Source: a virus (Duplodnaviria; Caudoviricetes). From it: a DNA stretch of 44,536 nt. A program made the position numbers and the translations under genes. The stretch covers positions 1 to 44,536 of IMG/VR virus record IMGVR_UViG_3300005804_000118, one strand, 5' to 3'. Under the pieces are notes generated by a model. The model was not told where the DNA came from, did not search any database, and saw only the letters and a list, made by a program, of their open reading frames with translations. Shown here piece after piece: positions 36,404 through 44,536 of the stretch. The stretch's first letter is position 1, and every line of letters begins with the position of its first letter.

Positions 36404-36868
36404 ATGACACTGCTAGAGCTTAATAAGGCTATCAACGACAAGATTAAACAGGCCTTAGTAGATACTGAATTCAGCCAAGTTGACATCATAGCCGAAGATG
36501 TATCTGAGCCTATTATAAGACCAAGTCTTAAAACTAGCATTGAAATATCAACTACAGGAATTCTTAACCCAAGAAGCAAAGATCGCACTGTTACAGCAAG
36601 GGTTTATTTTTTTGCCTCAGATCGTTATAAATATAAAATTGAAAATGCCAAAATGCAGGAAATCCTTGAAAATGCCATTCTTAACGGAATAGAAGTAGAA
36701 AATGGATTCTATCCAGTCGATGACGTGACAAGTGAAACTGTCGATACAGTTTTGGTCGTAAGCTTTGAATTATATGCCGTCGAGTTGCTCCCAGAGCCAA
36801 CAGTCAACGGCATAGGAGAGCCCCTGGAAAATATGGGAACCTTGGAAATAAACCTTGTAAAGGAGTGA
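36404..36868 (+). CDS. Tail terminator-like protein
   Basis: AEDVSEPIIRPS; position before sheath. Confidence 0.65.
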   Translation: MTLLELNKAINDKIKQALVDTEFSQVDIIAEDVSEPIIRPSLKTSIEISTTGILNPRSKDRTVTARVYFFASDRYKYKIENAKMQEILENAILNGIEVENGFYPVDDVTSETVDTVLVVSFELYAVELLPEPTVNGIGEPLENMGTLEINLVKE

Positions 36869-36872
36869 TCAA

Positions 36873-37976
36873 ATGTCTATCACTTTGCCAAATATAGAGA
36901 TAACTTTTAAACAACTAGCAAGCAGCTTCATCGCCAGAAGTGCTCGCGGTATAGCGGTTTTGATAATCAAAGATGATACCGACGATTCTTTTTCCACAAA
37001 AGAATATAAGGGGCTGGATGAGCTGCTGCTTGATCAGGCACTTTATACAGTGGCAAATTATCAGCAAATTGCTGATGTGCTCAATTTTGCCGTTAATAAA
37101 GTTTTGATTGTCAGAATCGATACTGATGGTACGATGGCAGCTGCTCTCGCAATTGTTGCCAGCACTGTAAAAACCGGATGGATTACAACAGTTGGGGTAA
37201 CTGCTGATTACACAGCTATTATCAACTGGATTAAGGCAAAAGAGGCAGCAGGCGAAACCTATAAGGCTGTTGTCTATAACGCAACAACTCCAGATTGCAA
37301 ACACATCGTCAACTTTGTAAATACTTCTGTTACCTTTTCAGATGACAGAGGGGAAGAAACCGGCAGCGAATACCTCCCGTCGTTACTCGGCATTTTAGCT
37401 TCGGCAAACGTTGAAAGAGGAACAACATATTTTGTCTGTGATAATTTGAGCAGTGTGGTAGAGGTAGCCAACAATACCACAGCTTTAAATGCTGGACAAT
37501 TTATCTTAATCAACGACCTCGATGTCATTAAGGATAAGGTTAAACCGCGGGTTAAAGTCGGGTTAGGTATCAACAGCTTGACTACATTCGACGATGACAA
37601 TTCGGAAGATATGCGATTCATCGATATTGTCGAAACCATGGATCTGATTACCGATGATATCAGGAACAGCTATAAAAACGACTACATTGGCAAATACAAA
37701 AACAGCTACGAAAACCAAATTTTGTTTATCAGCGCAGTAAACACATACTTCGAGCGGTTAGCTGGCGCAGACATTCTGGATCCGGCTTATAAAAACATTG
37801 CCGATGTCAACGTTGCAGCTCAAAGAGCCGCCTGGGCCGTTATTAAACCAGAGGCCGCAACCTGGGATGATGTTACCGTTAAAAATGCAGCTTATAAGCG
37901 GACCGTATTCTTGGCCGGCGATATTAAGATCCTCGGTTCTATGGAAAACCTCGAATTCACTATTTCAATGTTTTAA
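36873..37976 (+). CDS. Tail sheath protein (XkdK-like)
   Basis: LPNIEITFKQ..RSARG, GINSLTT, YIGKYKNSYEN, MENL. Confidence 0.9.
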   Translation: MSITLPNIEITFKQLASSFIARSARGIAVLIIKDDTDDSFSTKEYKGLDELLLDQALYTVANYQQIADVLNFAVNKVLIVRIDTDGTMAAALAIVASTVKTGWITTVGVTADYTAIINWIKAKEAAGETYKAVVYNATTPDCKHIVNFVNTSVTFSDDRGEETGSEYLPSLLGILASANVERGTTYFVCDNLSSVVEVANNTTALNAGQFILINDLDVIKDKVKPRVKVGLGINSLTTFDDDNSEDMRFIDIVETMDLITDDIRNSYKNDYIGKYKNSYENQILFISAVNTYFERLAGADILDPAYKNIADVNVAAQRAAWAVIKPEAATWDDVTVKNAAYKRTVFLAGDIKILGSMENLEFTISMF

Positions 37977-37990
37977 AGGAGGGATAAAGA

Positions 37991-38419
37991 ATGTCTGTAA
38001 ATGCTAATAGAGTTCTGACCGGTTCCTCCGGAAACGTCTGGGTAAACGGCAAGCTGCTTGCCCAGGTAAAAGGAATTGAGCTTAAAGTAACCGGGAACTT
38101 TGAAGAGGTCAATGTCTGCGGGGACAATGCCACTTATAACAAATTTACCGGATGGACGGGCGAAGGAACCATGACTTTGCAAAAAGTTGACAGCACAGCA
38201 GTGGATCTTGTGGCTGAAGCGTATCTTTCGGGGGTCATGCCGGACATTAAGATTGTGACATCATTAACGGATAAGGCTACAAAACAGTCTGAAAGAGTTG
38301 CTGTCAGTGATGTCGTTCTTACCGAATTCATGCTGGCAAAATTTGAAGCAAAAGCCTTGATCGAAGAAGAACTGCCGCTGAAATTCAGTAATTATCAGGT
38401 ATTGGAAAAAATAGCTTAA
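37991..38419 (+). CDS. Tail tube protein (XkdM-like)
   Basis: GSSGNVWVNG, GWTGEGTMT, SERV, EEELPLKF. Confidence 0.9.
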   Translation: MSVNANRVLTGSSGNVWVNGKLLAQVKGIELKVTGNFEEVNVCGDNATYNKFTGWTGEGTMTLQKVDSTAVDLVAEAYLSGVMPDIKIVTSLTDKATKQSERVAVSDVVLTEFMLAKFEAKALIEEELPLKFSNYQVLEKIA

Positions 38420-38442
38420 GGCACTCAAAACGAGTGCCTTTT
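38418..38442 (+). terminator. Terminator after tail tube gene
   Basis: AAGGCACTC-AAAAC-GAGTGCCTT-TT. Confidence 0.65.
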
Positions 38443-38463
38443 CCTATAGGAGGATATTAGAAC

Positions 38464-38850
38464 ATGGAACAAAGAAAAGCGACTTTAAACGATCTGCTAA
38501 AAAAGAAAATCCAAAAAGATGAGGATAAGCTCAAAACCAAAGATATTTTTGTCGCATCCATGGATGCCTATTTAACTTTTAAAACTCCCTCCGAGCAGCT
38601 GGCATTAGATGTTATTGATGATATCCAAGATGCAAAAGACACCAGCAAGATGGTTAAAGGGTTTGAAAAGCTAATTTATCACTGCTGTGATCTGCTGCAG
38701 AACCCAGATCTGCATAAAGAATTAGGCGTAGTCGATCCGCTGGATACTGTCGATGTCCTTTTTGATCTTGGAGAAAAACTTGCCATCGGCGAACAGCTTA
38801 TGGATTTGGTCAATGTGGACGGAAAGGTTAAAGTCATAAAAAACTCGTAA
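38464..38850 (+). CDS. Tail assembly chaperone (XkdN-like, gpG)
   Basis: LQNPDLHKELGVVDP..GE..I; ends IKNS; between tube and tape measure. Confidence 0.8.
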   Translation: MEQRKATLNDLLKKKIQKDEDKLKTKDIFVASMDAYLTFKTPSEQLALDVIDDIQDAKDTSKMVKGFEKLIYHCCDLLQNPDLHKELGVVDPLDTVDVLFDLGEKLAIGEQLMDLVNVDGKVKVIKNS

Positions 38851-39011
38851 AGCACGATGCAGACATGAATATGTTCGCTTTCTATGCGGTTCGGGGGTAC
38901 AAGCTTAACGAACTGGCAAACTTAACATTTCAAGAACGTACCTTTCTGCATTGTGCGAGAGAAGAATATTACGAAGAAGAAAAACAGAAATATAAAAGCT
39001 TGTTCGGGTAG
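38838..39011 (+). CDS. -1 frameshift extension of tail chaperone (gpGT)
   Basis: Slippery A AAA AAC at 38838-38844; -1 frame open to TAG 39009-39011 (LVKHDADMNMFAFYAVRGYKLNEL...KSLFG). Confidence 0.8.
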   Translation, partial: KKLVKHDADMNMFAFYAVRGYKLNELANLTFQERTFLHCAREEYYEEEKQKYKSLFG

Positions 39012-39022
39012 GGGGGAGAGCG

Positions 39023-40672
39023 GTGGCCAGCAAAGCAATCAACACAATCCTTAACCTTAAAGATAACATGAGCGGGAAGATTTTTAAGACAGCAAATAAA
39101 GTAAACAGCTTAAATAAGGAAATGCAAAGAGCCAGCTACCAAGCGGCAAACATGGCCAATAAGGTTACGGCAAGCTTCAATAAAATCACTGCAAAAGCCG
39201 CAAACCTCGCCAAAACAGGAGCTGGGATTGCGGCAGTGGGAGCTGCAGCTGGCGGAGTTGCTTTAGTTAAACAATCCGATACTTACGCAGGAATTCAAGC
39301 AAGGCTTAAGCTTATCAACGATGGCCAGCAAACCGTTGCAGAGTTTAACGAAAAGATTTTTAAATCAGCTGATAGAGCCAGAGCTAATTTTAGTGATATG
39401 GCTTTTATTGTTGGTAAATTAGGGGTTACAGCTGGAAGCGCCTTTAAGAATAATGATGAAATACTTAAATTCTCCGAATTACTTTCGAAGAATTTCAAAA
39501 TATCAGGAGCAAGCGCAGAGGAACAAAGCGCGGCCATGTACCAGTTAACTCAAGCTATGGGGGCCGGAAAGCTTCAAGGGGATGAGTTCCGTTCCATTAT
39601 GGAAAATGCTCCGCTTTTAGCGCAAGCCATTTCTAAGCAAATGAGTATCCCAATCGGCCAGCTCAAAGAAATGAGTTCTGAGGGCTTAATCACTTCGGAC
39701 ATTATCAAAAAAGCGCTGTTTAATTCGGCTGATGATATCAACAAAAAGTATGCTGAAATGCCGGTAACGTTTAGTGATTCTGTAACAAGAATTAAAAACA
39801 ACGTAACAAAAAAGCTGCAGCCGACATTCCAAAAGTTGTCTCAATGGCTTAACTCCGACAAAGGCGACCAGGCCATGAACGGCATTATGAATATTCTCGA
39901 TAAAGGGCTTAACCTTATTCCAAGCGCAATTACCGGGTTAAGTGAGATATTTAGCATCATATCTAAAATCGGGGCATTTGTAGTAAAGCACAGAACAGCT
40001 TTTGAAACTTTTGTGATTATCATCGGAAGTTTCATGGTGGCAGCAAAAGTAGCAGTGGCCTTAAAAGGGGCTCTCATAGGCTTGCAGATAGCCTGGGGGC
40101 TCTTGAACGGAACTTTGATATTAACTCCTTTCGGCTGGATAGTAATAGGGATTGCGGGACTCATTGCAGCAGGTGTATTGCTCTACAAGAACTGGGATAC
40201 TGTCAAAGTCAAAGCAGAAGAGCTATGGGTAACTATCGAAAATGCTTTCAAAACAGGTGTCAATGGGGCAATCTATTTGATCAACGGATTGATCAAGCAG
40301 ATCAACAAAATCCCAGGTGTAAATGTTCCTCTTATTGCCGATGTCAAAATGAGCAAAACGACAGCACAACTGGTAGCAGACGCCAAAAAGAAATATACAG
40401 ATAATTGGGCGCTTAGTGGTGCCCGGAACGCTTTGGGAACAAGCTACTTTAGAGGAGGTCCTACTTGGATAAACGAGAGGGGGCCTGAGCTTGTATCTCT
40501 TCCTGGGGGATCAAAAGTAATGACTGCAGACAAAACCAAACAGGCACTAGGCGGAAGAGCAGCTCATGTTTATGTCACTGTTCAAGGTAATGTGATAGGG
40601 AATGAGCGATACGCAGATGAGCTTGGGGATCATATCGTTGGTAAAGTGATTGCTGCTTTAGACAATATGTAG
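39023..40672 (+). CDS. Tape measure protein
   Basis: QLTQAMGAGKLQGDEFRSIMENAP tape_meas motif, LYKNWD, NALGT..NERGPELV. Confidence 0.93.
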   Translation: MASKAINTILNLKDNMSGKIFKTANKVNSLNKEMQRASYQAANMANKVTASFNKITAKAANLAKTGAGIAAVGAAAGGVALVKQSDTYAGIQARLKLINDGQQTVAEFNEKIFKSADRARANFSDMAFIVGKLGVTAGSAFKNNDEILKFSELLSKNFKISGASAEEQSAAMYQLTQAMGAGKLQGDEFRSIMENAPLLAQAISKQMSIPIGQLKEMSSEGLITSDIIKKALFNSADDINKKYAEMPVTFSDSVTRIKNNVTKKLQPTFQKLSQWLNSDKGDQAMNGIMNILDKGLNLIPSAITGLSEIFSIISKIGAFVVKHRTAFETFVIIIGSFMVAAKVAVALKGALIGLQIAWGLLNGTLILTPFGWIVIGIAGLIAAGVLLYKNWDTVKVKAEELWVTIENAFKTGVNGAIYLINGLIKQINKIPGVNVPLIADVKMSKTTAQLVADAKKKYTDNWALSGARNALGTSYFRGGPTWINERGPELVSLPGGSKVMTADKTKQALGGRAAHVYVTVQGNVIGNERYADELGDHIVGKVIAALDNM

Positions 40673-40683
40673 GAGGGGGATTT

Positions 40684-41115
40684 ATGGCGGATATATTTTT
40701 TGCGACTAAAGATAGGTCAACCGTGTATCAGCTTCCGGTTTTACCCCCTCAATTTCCGGAATACAGCCGAAGTGCAAAGAACGAAGAATTTGAGACCTAT
40801 AACAACGGCATATATAACCTGCCCGGTAATGTCAGCCTATACAGTTTTACATTAGAGGGATTTCTGCCCGCAATAAACAAGAATTACCTGTTTGCAAAGA
40901 ACAAAATGAATCCCCATGAGTTGATTAACTTTTGGGGAAGGGCCATGGAAGAGAAAAAGCCAATCAGAATAATTATCAATAGGGACAAAGTATCAGGATT
41001 GCCAACAGAGGCCCTTAACATGCTGGTTACTGTCGAAGATATGTCACATTATGAAGACAAAACTGGAGATGTAGTCTACAAACTTTCTTTCAAAGAGTAC
41101 AGGGAGCTGGTCTAA
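40684..41115 (+). CDS. Tail tube initiator (XkdP-like, no obvious LysM)
   Basis: QLPVLP, GDVVYKLSFKEYR. Confidence 0.7.
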   Translation: MADIFFATKDRSTVYQLPVLPPQFPEYSRSAKNEEFETYNNGIYNLPGNVSLYSFTLEGFLPAINKNYLFAKNKMNPHELINFWGRAMEEKKPIRIIINRDKVSGLPTEALNMLVTVEDMSHYEDKTGDVVYKLSFKEYRELV

Positions 41116-42053
41116 TGTGGAGTTTATTTGTTAACTATGTTATCAGGCAAGGTAATGTGCCACTGACAGATATTATCGGCAAGTGCAATAATCTGGCTTG
41201 GAGCAGTGATGCGGACACTTTGGCCACGACATTGACCTTTGATAGCCTTTATGACCTAGCCGAAGGCAGGACTCATATCGTATTAAAAAAAGACTCCACT
41301 GTAGTATTTATGGGCGTCATTGTAAGCAAACAGAATAAGCATATGAGCAGCAGTTATACGGCTATGGATTATGCTTTCTATCTCAATAAGAATCAATTGG
41401 TCGCACAATTTAATACTAATGCTAAAGACGCGATACAAAGCCTTTGCAGCAGGTTAGGTATTAAAAATAATATAACTCAACTCAATACTAAAATAAAAAA
41501 AATATATAACTCACAGGCCGTTTCCGATATCATCAAGGACATCCTTGAGCAGTGCAAAAATGAAATCGGTGAACGCTATATCATGGAAATGCAAGAAGAT
41601 GTCCTTTATGTCCAGAAACTAATTGACCTTAGAATTGATTGCAAATTGCTTCTGGGTAAAGATTATACAATAACTCGAAGCATGGAAGACCTAAAAAATA
41701 GAATCATTATTGTTTCAAATAAGGAAAACAGCACCAGGATTATTCAAGATGTCAGTGATCAGGATAGTATCAGTACATTTGGTCAGCTGGCTGAGATAGT
41801 ATCCGTTGAAGATAAAGATGTTTCACAAGCTAAGAACATAGCCAATAACAACCTGCTATTGCTCAATCGGACAAAAAAAGAATTTTCAATCCCCACGGTT
41901 GCCATTGAAAATGGAGAAGTAGTTAAGGCAGATCGGATGATATTTATAAGTATTCCCCAATACGGCATGAACGGATGGTACGAAATAAGCACAGCCAATC
42001 ACAGCCTGCAGAATAATATCCATAAGATTGATTTGACAATAGATTTTAGTTAG
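41115..42053 (+). CDS. Baseplate hub (XkdQ-like)
   Basis: AMDYAFYLNKN, SDIIKDIL, SISTFGQL. Confidence 0.8.
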   Translation: MWSLFVNYVIRQGNVPLTDIIGKCNNLAWSSDADTLATTLTFDSLYDLAEGRTHIVLKKDSTVVFMGVIVSKQNKHMSSSYTAMDYAFYLNKNQLVAQFNTNAKDAIQSLCSRLGIKNNITQLNTKIKKIYNSQAVSDIIKDILEQCKNEIGERYIMEMQEDVLYVQKLIDLRIDCKLLLGKDYTITRSMEDLKNRIIIVSNKENSTRIIQDVSDQDSISTFGQLAEIVSVEDKDVSQAKNIANNNLLLLNRTKKEFSIPTVAIENGEVVKADRMIFISIPQYGMNGWYEISTANHSLQNNIHKIDLTIDFS

Positions 42054-42063
42054 GGGTAGAGAT

Positions 42064-42366
42064 ATGTACCATGTAAAACTGGCAGATGAAATGAAAAAGC
42101 GAAACAATATTGAAAGAATAGGCACTGTGGCAGGCCTAGTAATTGGTGTTAATCCACTCAAAATTAGCATTTTAAACGGGGATGTCATTTTAGGTGAAGA
42201 CGATCTTTATGTTTGCCAGAGCGCAACCGATTATACCATGGACGTTATCACCACGGAAGAGACCGGTACTGCTTATCATCAAGGATTACAAGTAAATGAT
42301 AAAGTGGCGATGGTAGCTGCCGAAAATAATCAAAAGTTTTTTGTAATAGATAAAATAGTGGGGTGA
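42064..42366 (+). CDS. Baseplate spike (XkdR/DUF2577-like)
   Basis: VIGVNPLKI, LQVNDKV, QKFFVIDK. Confidence 0.78.
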   Translation: MYHVKLADEMKKRNNIERIGTVAGLVIGVNPLKISILNGDVILGEDDLYVCQSATDYTMDVITTEETGTAYHQGLQVNDKVAMVAAENNQKFFVIDKIVG

Positions 42367-42370
42367 TTAA

Positions 42371-42814
42371 ATGATATTGCCCAAATTAGTCCCTACACTG
42401 CAGGAGCAAGCCGAAACAACAGAGACAGTAATAACCCGGGGTAAATCATTTTTATTTGATTTCACCGCAGGAGATTTTGTTACCAAAGACGGAAAACTGC
42501 AGCAGGTTGACGGGATAGAATCACTTAAGATTTGGATAGCAAAGATCATCCGGACGGAAAAATTCAAGTTTAAAATCTATGATACCGGGAAAGTAAGCCA
42601 ATACGGCGTAACTTTGCTGGATTTGGTCAATAGCGGTTACCCTAAATCATTTATCGAAGAAGAAATGAAGAGGGAAATCACTGAGGCCCTGCTCAGGAAT
42701 CCAGAAATTCAAAACGTAACCGGCTTTACTTTTTCCCTGGTTAATCGGGGCTTAAGTGTAGCCTTCAACGTTTACTCAATCTATGGCCAAACTGAAAGCG
42801 TGGTGATTATATAA
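42371..42814 (+). CDS. Baseplate wedge (XkdS/DUF2634-like)
   Basis: FDFTAGDF, SLKIWI.K.IRTE, REITEALL, SIYG. Confidence 0.82.
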   Translation: MILPKLVPTLQEQAETTETVITRGKSFLFDFTAGDFVTKDGKLQQVDGIESLKIWIAKIIRTEKFKFKIYDTGKVSQYGVTLLDLVNSGYPKSFIEEEMKREITEALLRNPEIQNVTGFTFSLVNRGLSVAFNVYSIYGQTESVVII

Positions 42815-43854
42815 TGGGTAACACCCGGGATGAAATACAAACCAGAATGTTGGCAAATATTAGCGATGAGTATGACAAGACCGAAGGGTCCTTTTTTTAT
42901 GATGCCATAAAGCCAGTTGCTATTGAAATGGAATCAGCATATTTAGACGCTGATGAAGCACCGGACGCATTCTTTGTCGCTACTGCTACTGGCACAAACT
43001 TGGATTACAGGGTGGCAGAGCAAGGATTAACCAGGAAACCGGCAGCCAAGTCTACAACAACAGTAACCATCACCGGCAGCCAGGGAGCAGCAATAAACTC
43101 AGGGGACAAGATTGCCAGCGATACCGTCAATTTTGTAATCAAAGAGACAAAGACAATCGGGGTAACCGGTCAAGAAAGTGTCCTGGTCGAGTGCGAAACT
43201 GCCGGAACAATAGGTAACGTCCCTGTCGGAGCTATTAAGTATTTTCCCGTAACTATACCAGGGCTGACAGCCGTAACCAATGCTGCTGCCGTCACAAATG
43301 GTTATGAAGAAGAAACTGACGAAGAGCTGAGAGCGAGGTATTTTGCCAAAGTGAGAACACCTGCAACATCTGGAAATAAGTATCATTACCGAAATTGGGC
43401 CCTAGAAGTAACCGGCGTGGGTGATGCTAGAATATTCCCTTTATGGAATGGGAACGGAACCGTGAAGGTCTTGATAATCAATTCGAACAAGCAGGCTGCT
43501 GATAGTGAACTGATTGAAGATGTTGCGGATTATATTGAAGATCAACGCCCCATTGGTGCCACAGTAACCGTAGCTAGTGCAACAGAGCTGGATGTTGATA
43601 TAAGTGCGACACTTACACTGGCTACAGGTTACACTCTGGCACAGGCCAAGGCGTCAATTGAGTCAAAGGTAACAGAATACCTTAAGTCAATTGCTTTTGT
43701 CTTAGACATTGTAAGCTATGCAATCATCGGCAGCCTTATCCTCCAGGCCGATGGGGTAACAGATTACTCGAATCTGACCGTTAATAGCGGTACCGGAAAT
43801 ATTACGATTGAAGATGATGAAGTTGTTGTCCTGGGGGTGGTAACCGTTGCCTGA
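42814..43854 (+). CDS. Baseplate J-like protein (XkdT)
   Basis: DKTEGSF, ATGTNLD, ETDEELRAR, SGNKYHY..WA..V.GV, RPIGA. Confidence 0.92.
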   Translation: MGNTRDEIQTRMLANISDEYDKTEGSFFYDAIKPVAIEMESAYLDADEAPDAFFVATATGTNLDYRVAEQGLTRKPAAKSTTTVTITGSQGAAINSGDKIASDTVNFVIKETKTIGVTGQESVLVECETAGTIGNVPVGAIKYFPVTIPGLTAVTNAAAVTNGYEEETDEELRARYFAKVRTPATSGNKYHYRNWALEVTGVGDARIFPLWNGNGTVKVLIINSNKQAADSELIEDVADYIEDQRPIGATVTVASATELDVDISATLTLATGYTLAQAKASIESKVTEYLKSIAFVLDIVSYAIIGSLILQADGVTDYSNLTVNSGTGNITIEDDEVVVLGVVTVA

Positions 43855-44386
43855 TTTAACAAAATACCTCCCTAAGTATTATCAGACATCTCAGATTATG
43901 CTAAACATAACCGGGGCCGAAAGCACCGAGATAGAGATATTTAAGACAAAGCTGGCCCTGGTTATGAACCAGTTTATTGTCGATACAGCAACCTATGCGC
44001 TGGAAGACTGGGAAAAAGAACTGGGAATTCCGGTAGATAATTCAAAGCCTGCGGAGTACCGGCGCAGCGTCATTAAGTCAAAGATGCGCGGATCCGGGAC
44101 CATTACCATAATGCTTCTCAAGAACGTGGCTGAGAGTTATGTTAACGGAAGTGTGGAAGTGGCTGAAGATAATGCTAATTATAAGTTCACAGTAACTTTT
44201 GTTGATGACCGGGGAATACCGCCAAATCTTACAGATCTGCAGGCTGCTATAGAAAGCATTAAACCGGCTCACCTGGGGGTAGAGTATGTATTTACTTATA
44301 ACACCTATCAATATGTCAGCCAGTTTACCCATGCTCAATTAGCAGCTTTTACCCATGATCAGATCAGAAATGAAGAATTATCTTGA
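43847..44386 (+). CDS. Baseplate protein (XkdU/DUF2313-like)
   Basis: LPKYY, TATYALEDWEKELGI, IKPAHL. Confidence 0.88.
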   Translation: MPDLTKYLPKYYQTSQIMLNITGAESTEIEIFKTKLALVMNQFIVDTATYALEDWEKELGIPVDNSKPAEYRRSVIKSKMRGSGTITIMLLKNVAESYVNGSVEVAEDNANYKFTVTFVDDRGIPPNLTDLQAAIESIKPAHLGVEYVFTYNTYQYVSQFTHAQLAAFTHDQIRNEELS

Positions 44387-44401
44387 GGGGAGTGATCAGA
44401 C

Positions 44402-44536
44402 TTGCCGGAATATACTCCAAATCTAAACTTAATAAAACCCCTGAGTACCGAAAACTACAGCGTAGATGATGCTAATGGAAACATGGATATTATTGATGAG
44501 GCTATTCAAGAAAACGCTGATAATCTAGAATCGCAT
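44402..44536 (+). CDS. Tail fibre protein, N-terminal fragment (truncated by window)
   Basis: TTG start after GGGGAGTGA; PEYTPNLNLIKP..NGNMDIID. Confidence 0.7.
   Translation, partial: MPEYTPNLNLIKPLSTENYSVDDANGNMDIIDEAIQENADNLESH

Larger units (their letters stand above)
1645..44536. mobile_element. Temperate prophage (HK97-type head, contractile Xkd-like tail) integrated at the groEL 3' end; right end beyond window
   Basis: Integrase, lysogeny, replication, packaging, head and tail modules in canonical order; exact left boundary not determined. Confidence 0.95.

Noticed and set aside
36873-44536. Stand-alone tailocin/PBSX-like element or diversity-generating retroelement
   Set aside because: Full head, packaging and replication genes are present; no reverse transcriptase or TR/VR pair in the window, though the tail fibre region is cut off

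Overview
The window starts with a complete host chaperonin gene (groEL, 1-1644) from a Firmicute, probably a clostridial anaerobe (inferred from gene content and RBS style). Directly downstream is a temperate prophage that runs off the right edge. Order: tyrosine integrase, ImmA-like protease and ImmR-like repressor (minus strand); a divergent switch; early genes (Cro-like, BRO antirepressor, excisionase); a recombination/replication block (SSB-like, a Rad50/SbcC apparently split into three genes, Mre11/SbcD, a 3D-domain membrane protein, RecD2, a 976-aa primase-helicase and a 12-iteron origin); small accessory genes (HNH, RuvC, MazG-like, Lar-like); an ArpU-like late activator; an inverted hicAB cassette; a crowded packaging block (two unrelated TerS-like genes, two HNH genes, a GNAT, TerL); an HK97-type head; and a PBSX/Xkd-like contractile tail that ends in a truncated tail-fibre gene. 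The lysis genes and right att site lie outside the window. The most unusual signals are the tripartite Rad50-Mre11 module, the symmetric face-to-face switch between paralogous HTH genes, several unannotated RNA or peptide elements (tRNA-like fold, antisense sRNA, pseudoknotted leader, Arg-rich N-like peptide), repeated beta-clamp-binding-like motifs and the dual-TerS/GNAT packaging locus. All calls come from reading motifs by eye; no database searches were run.
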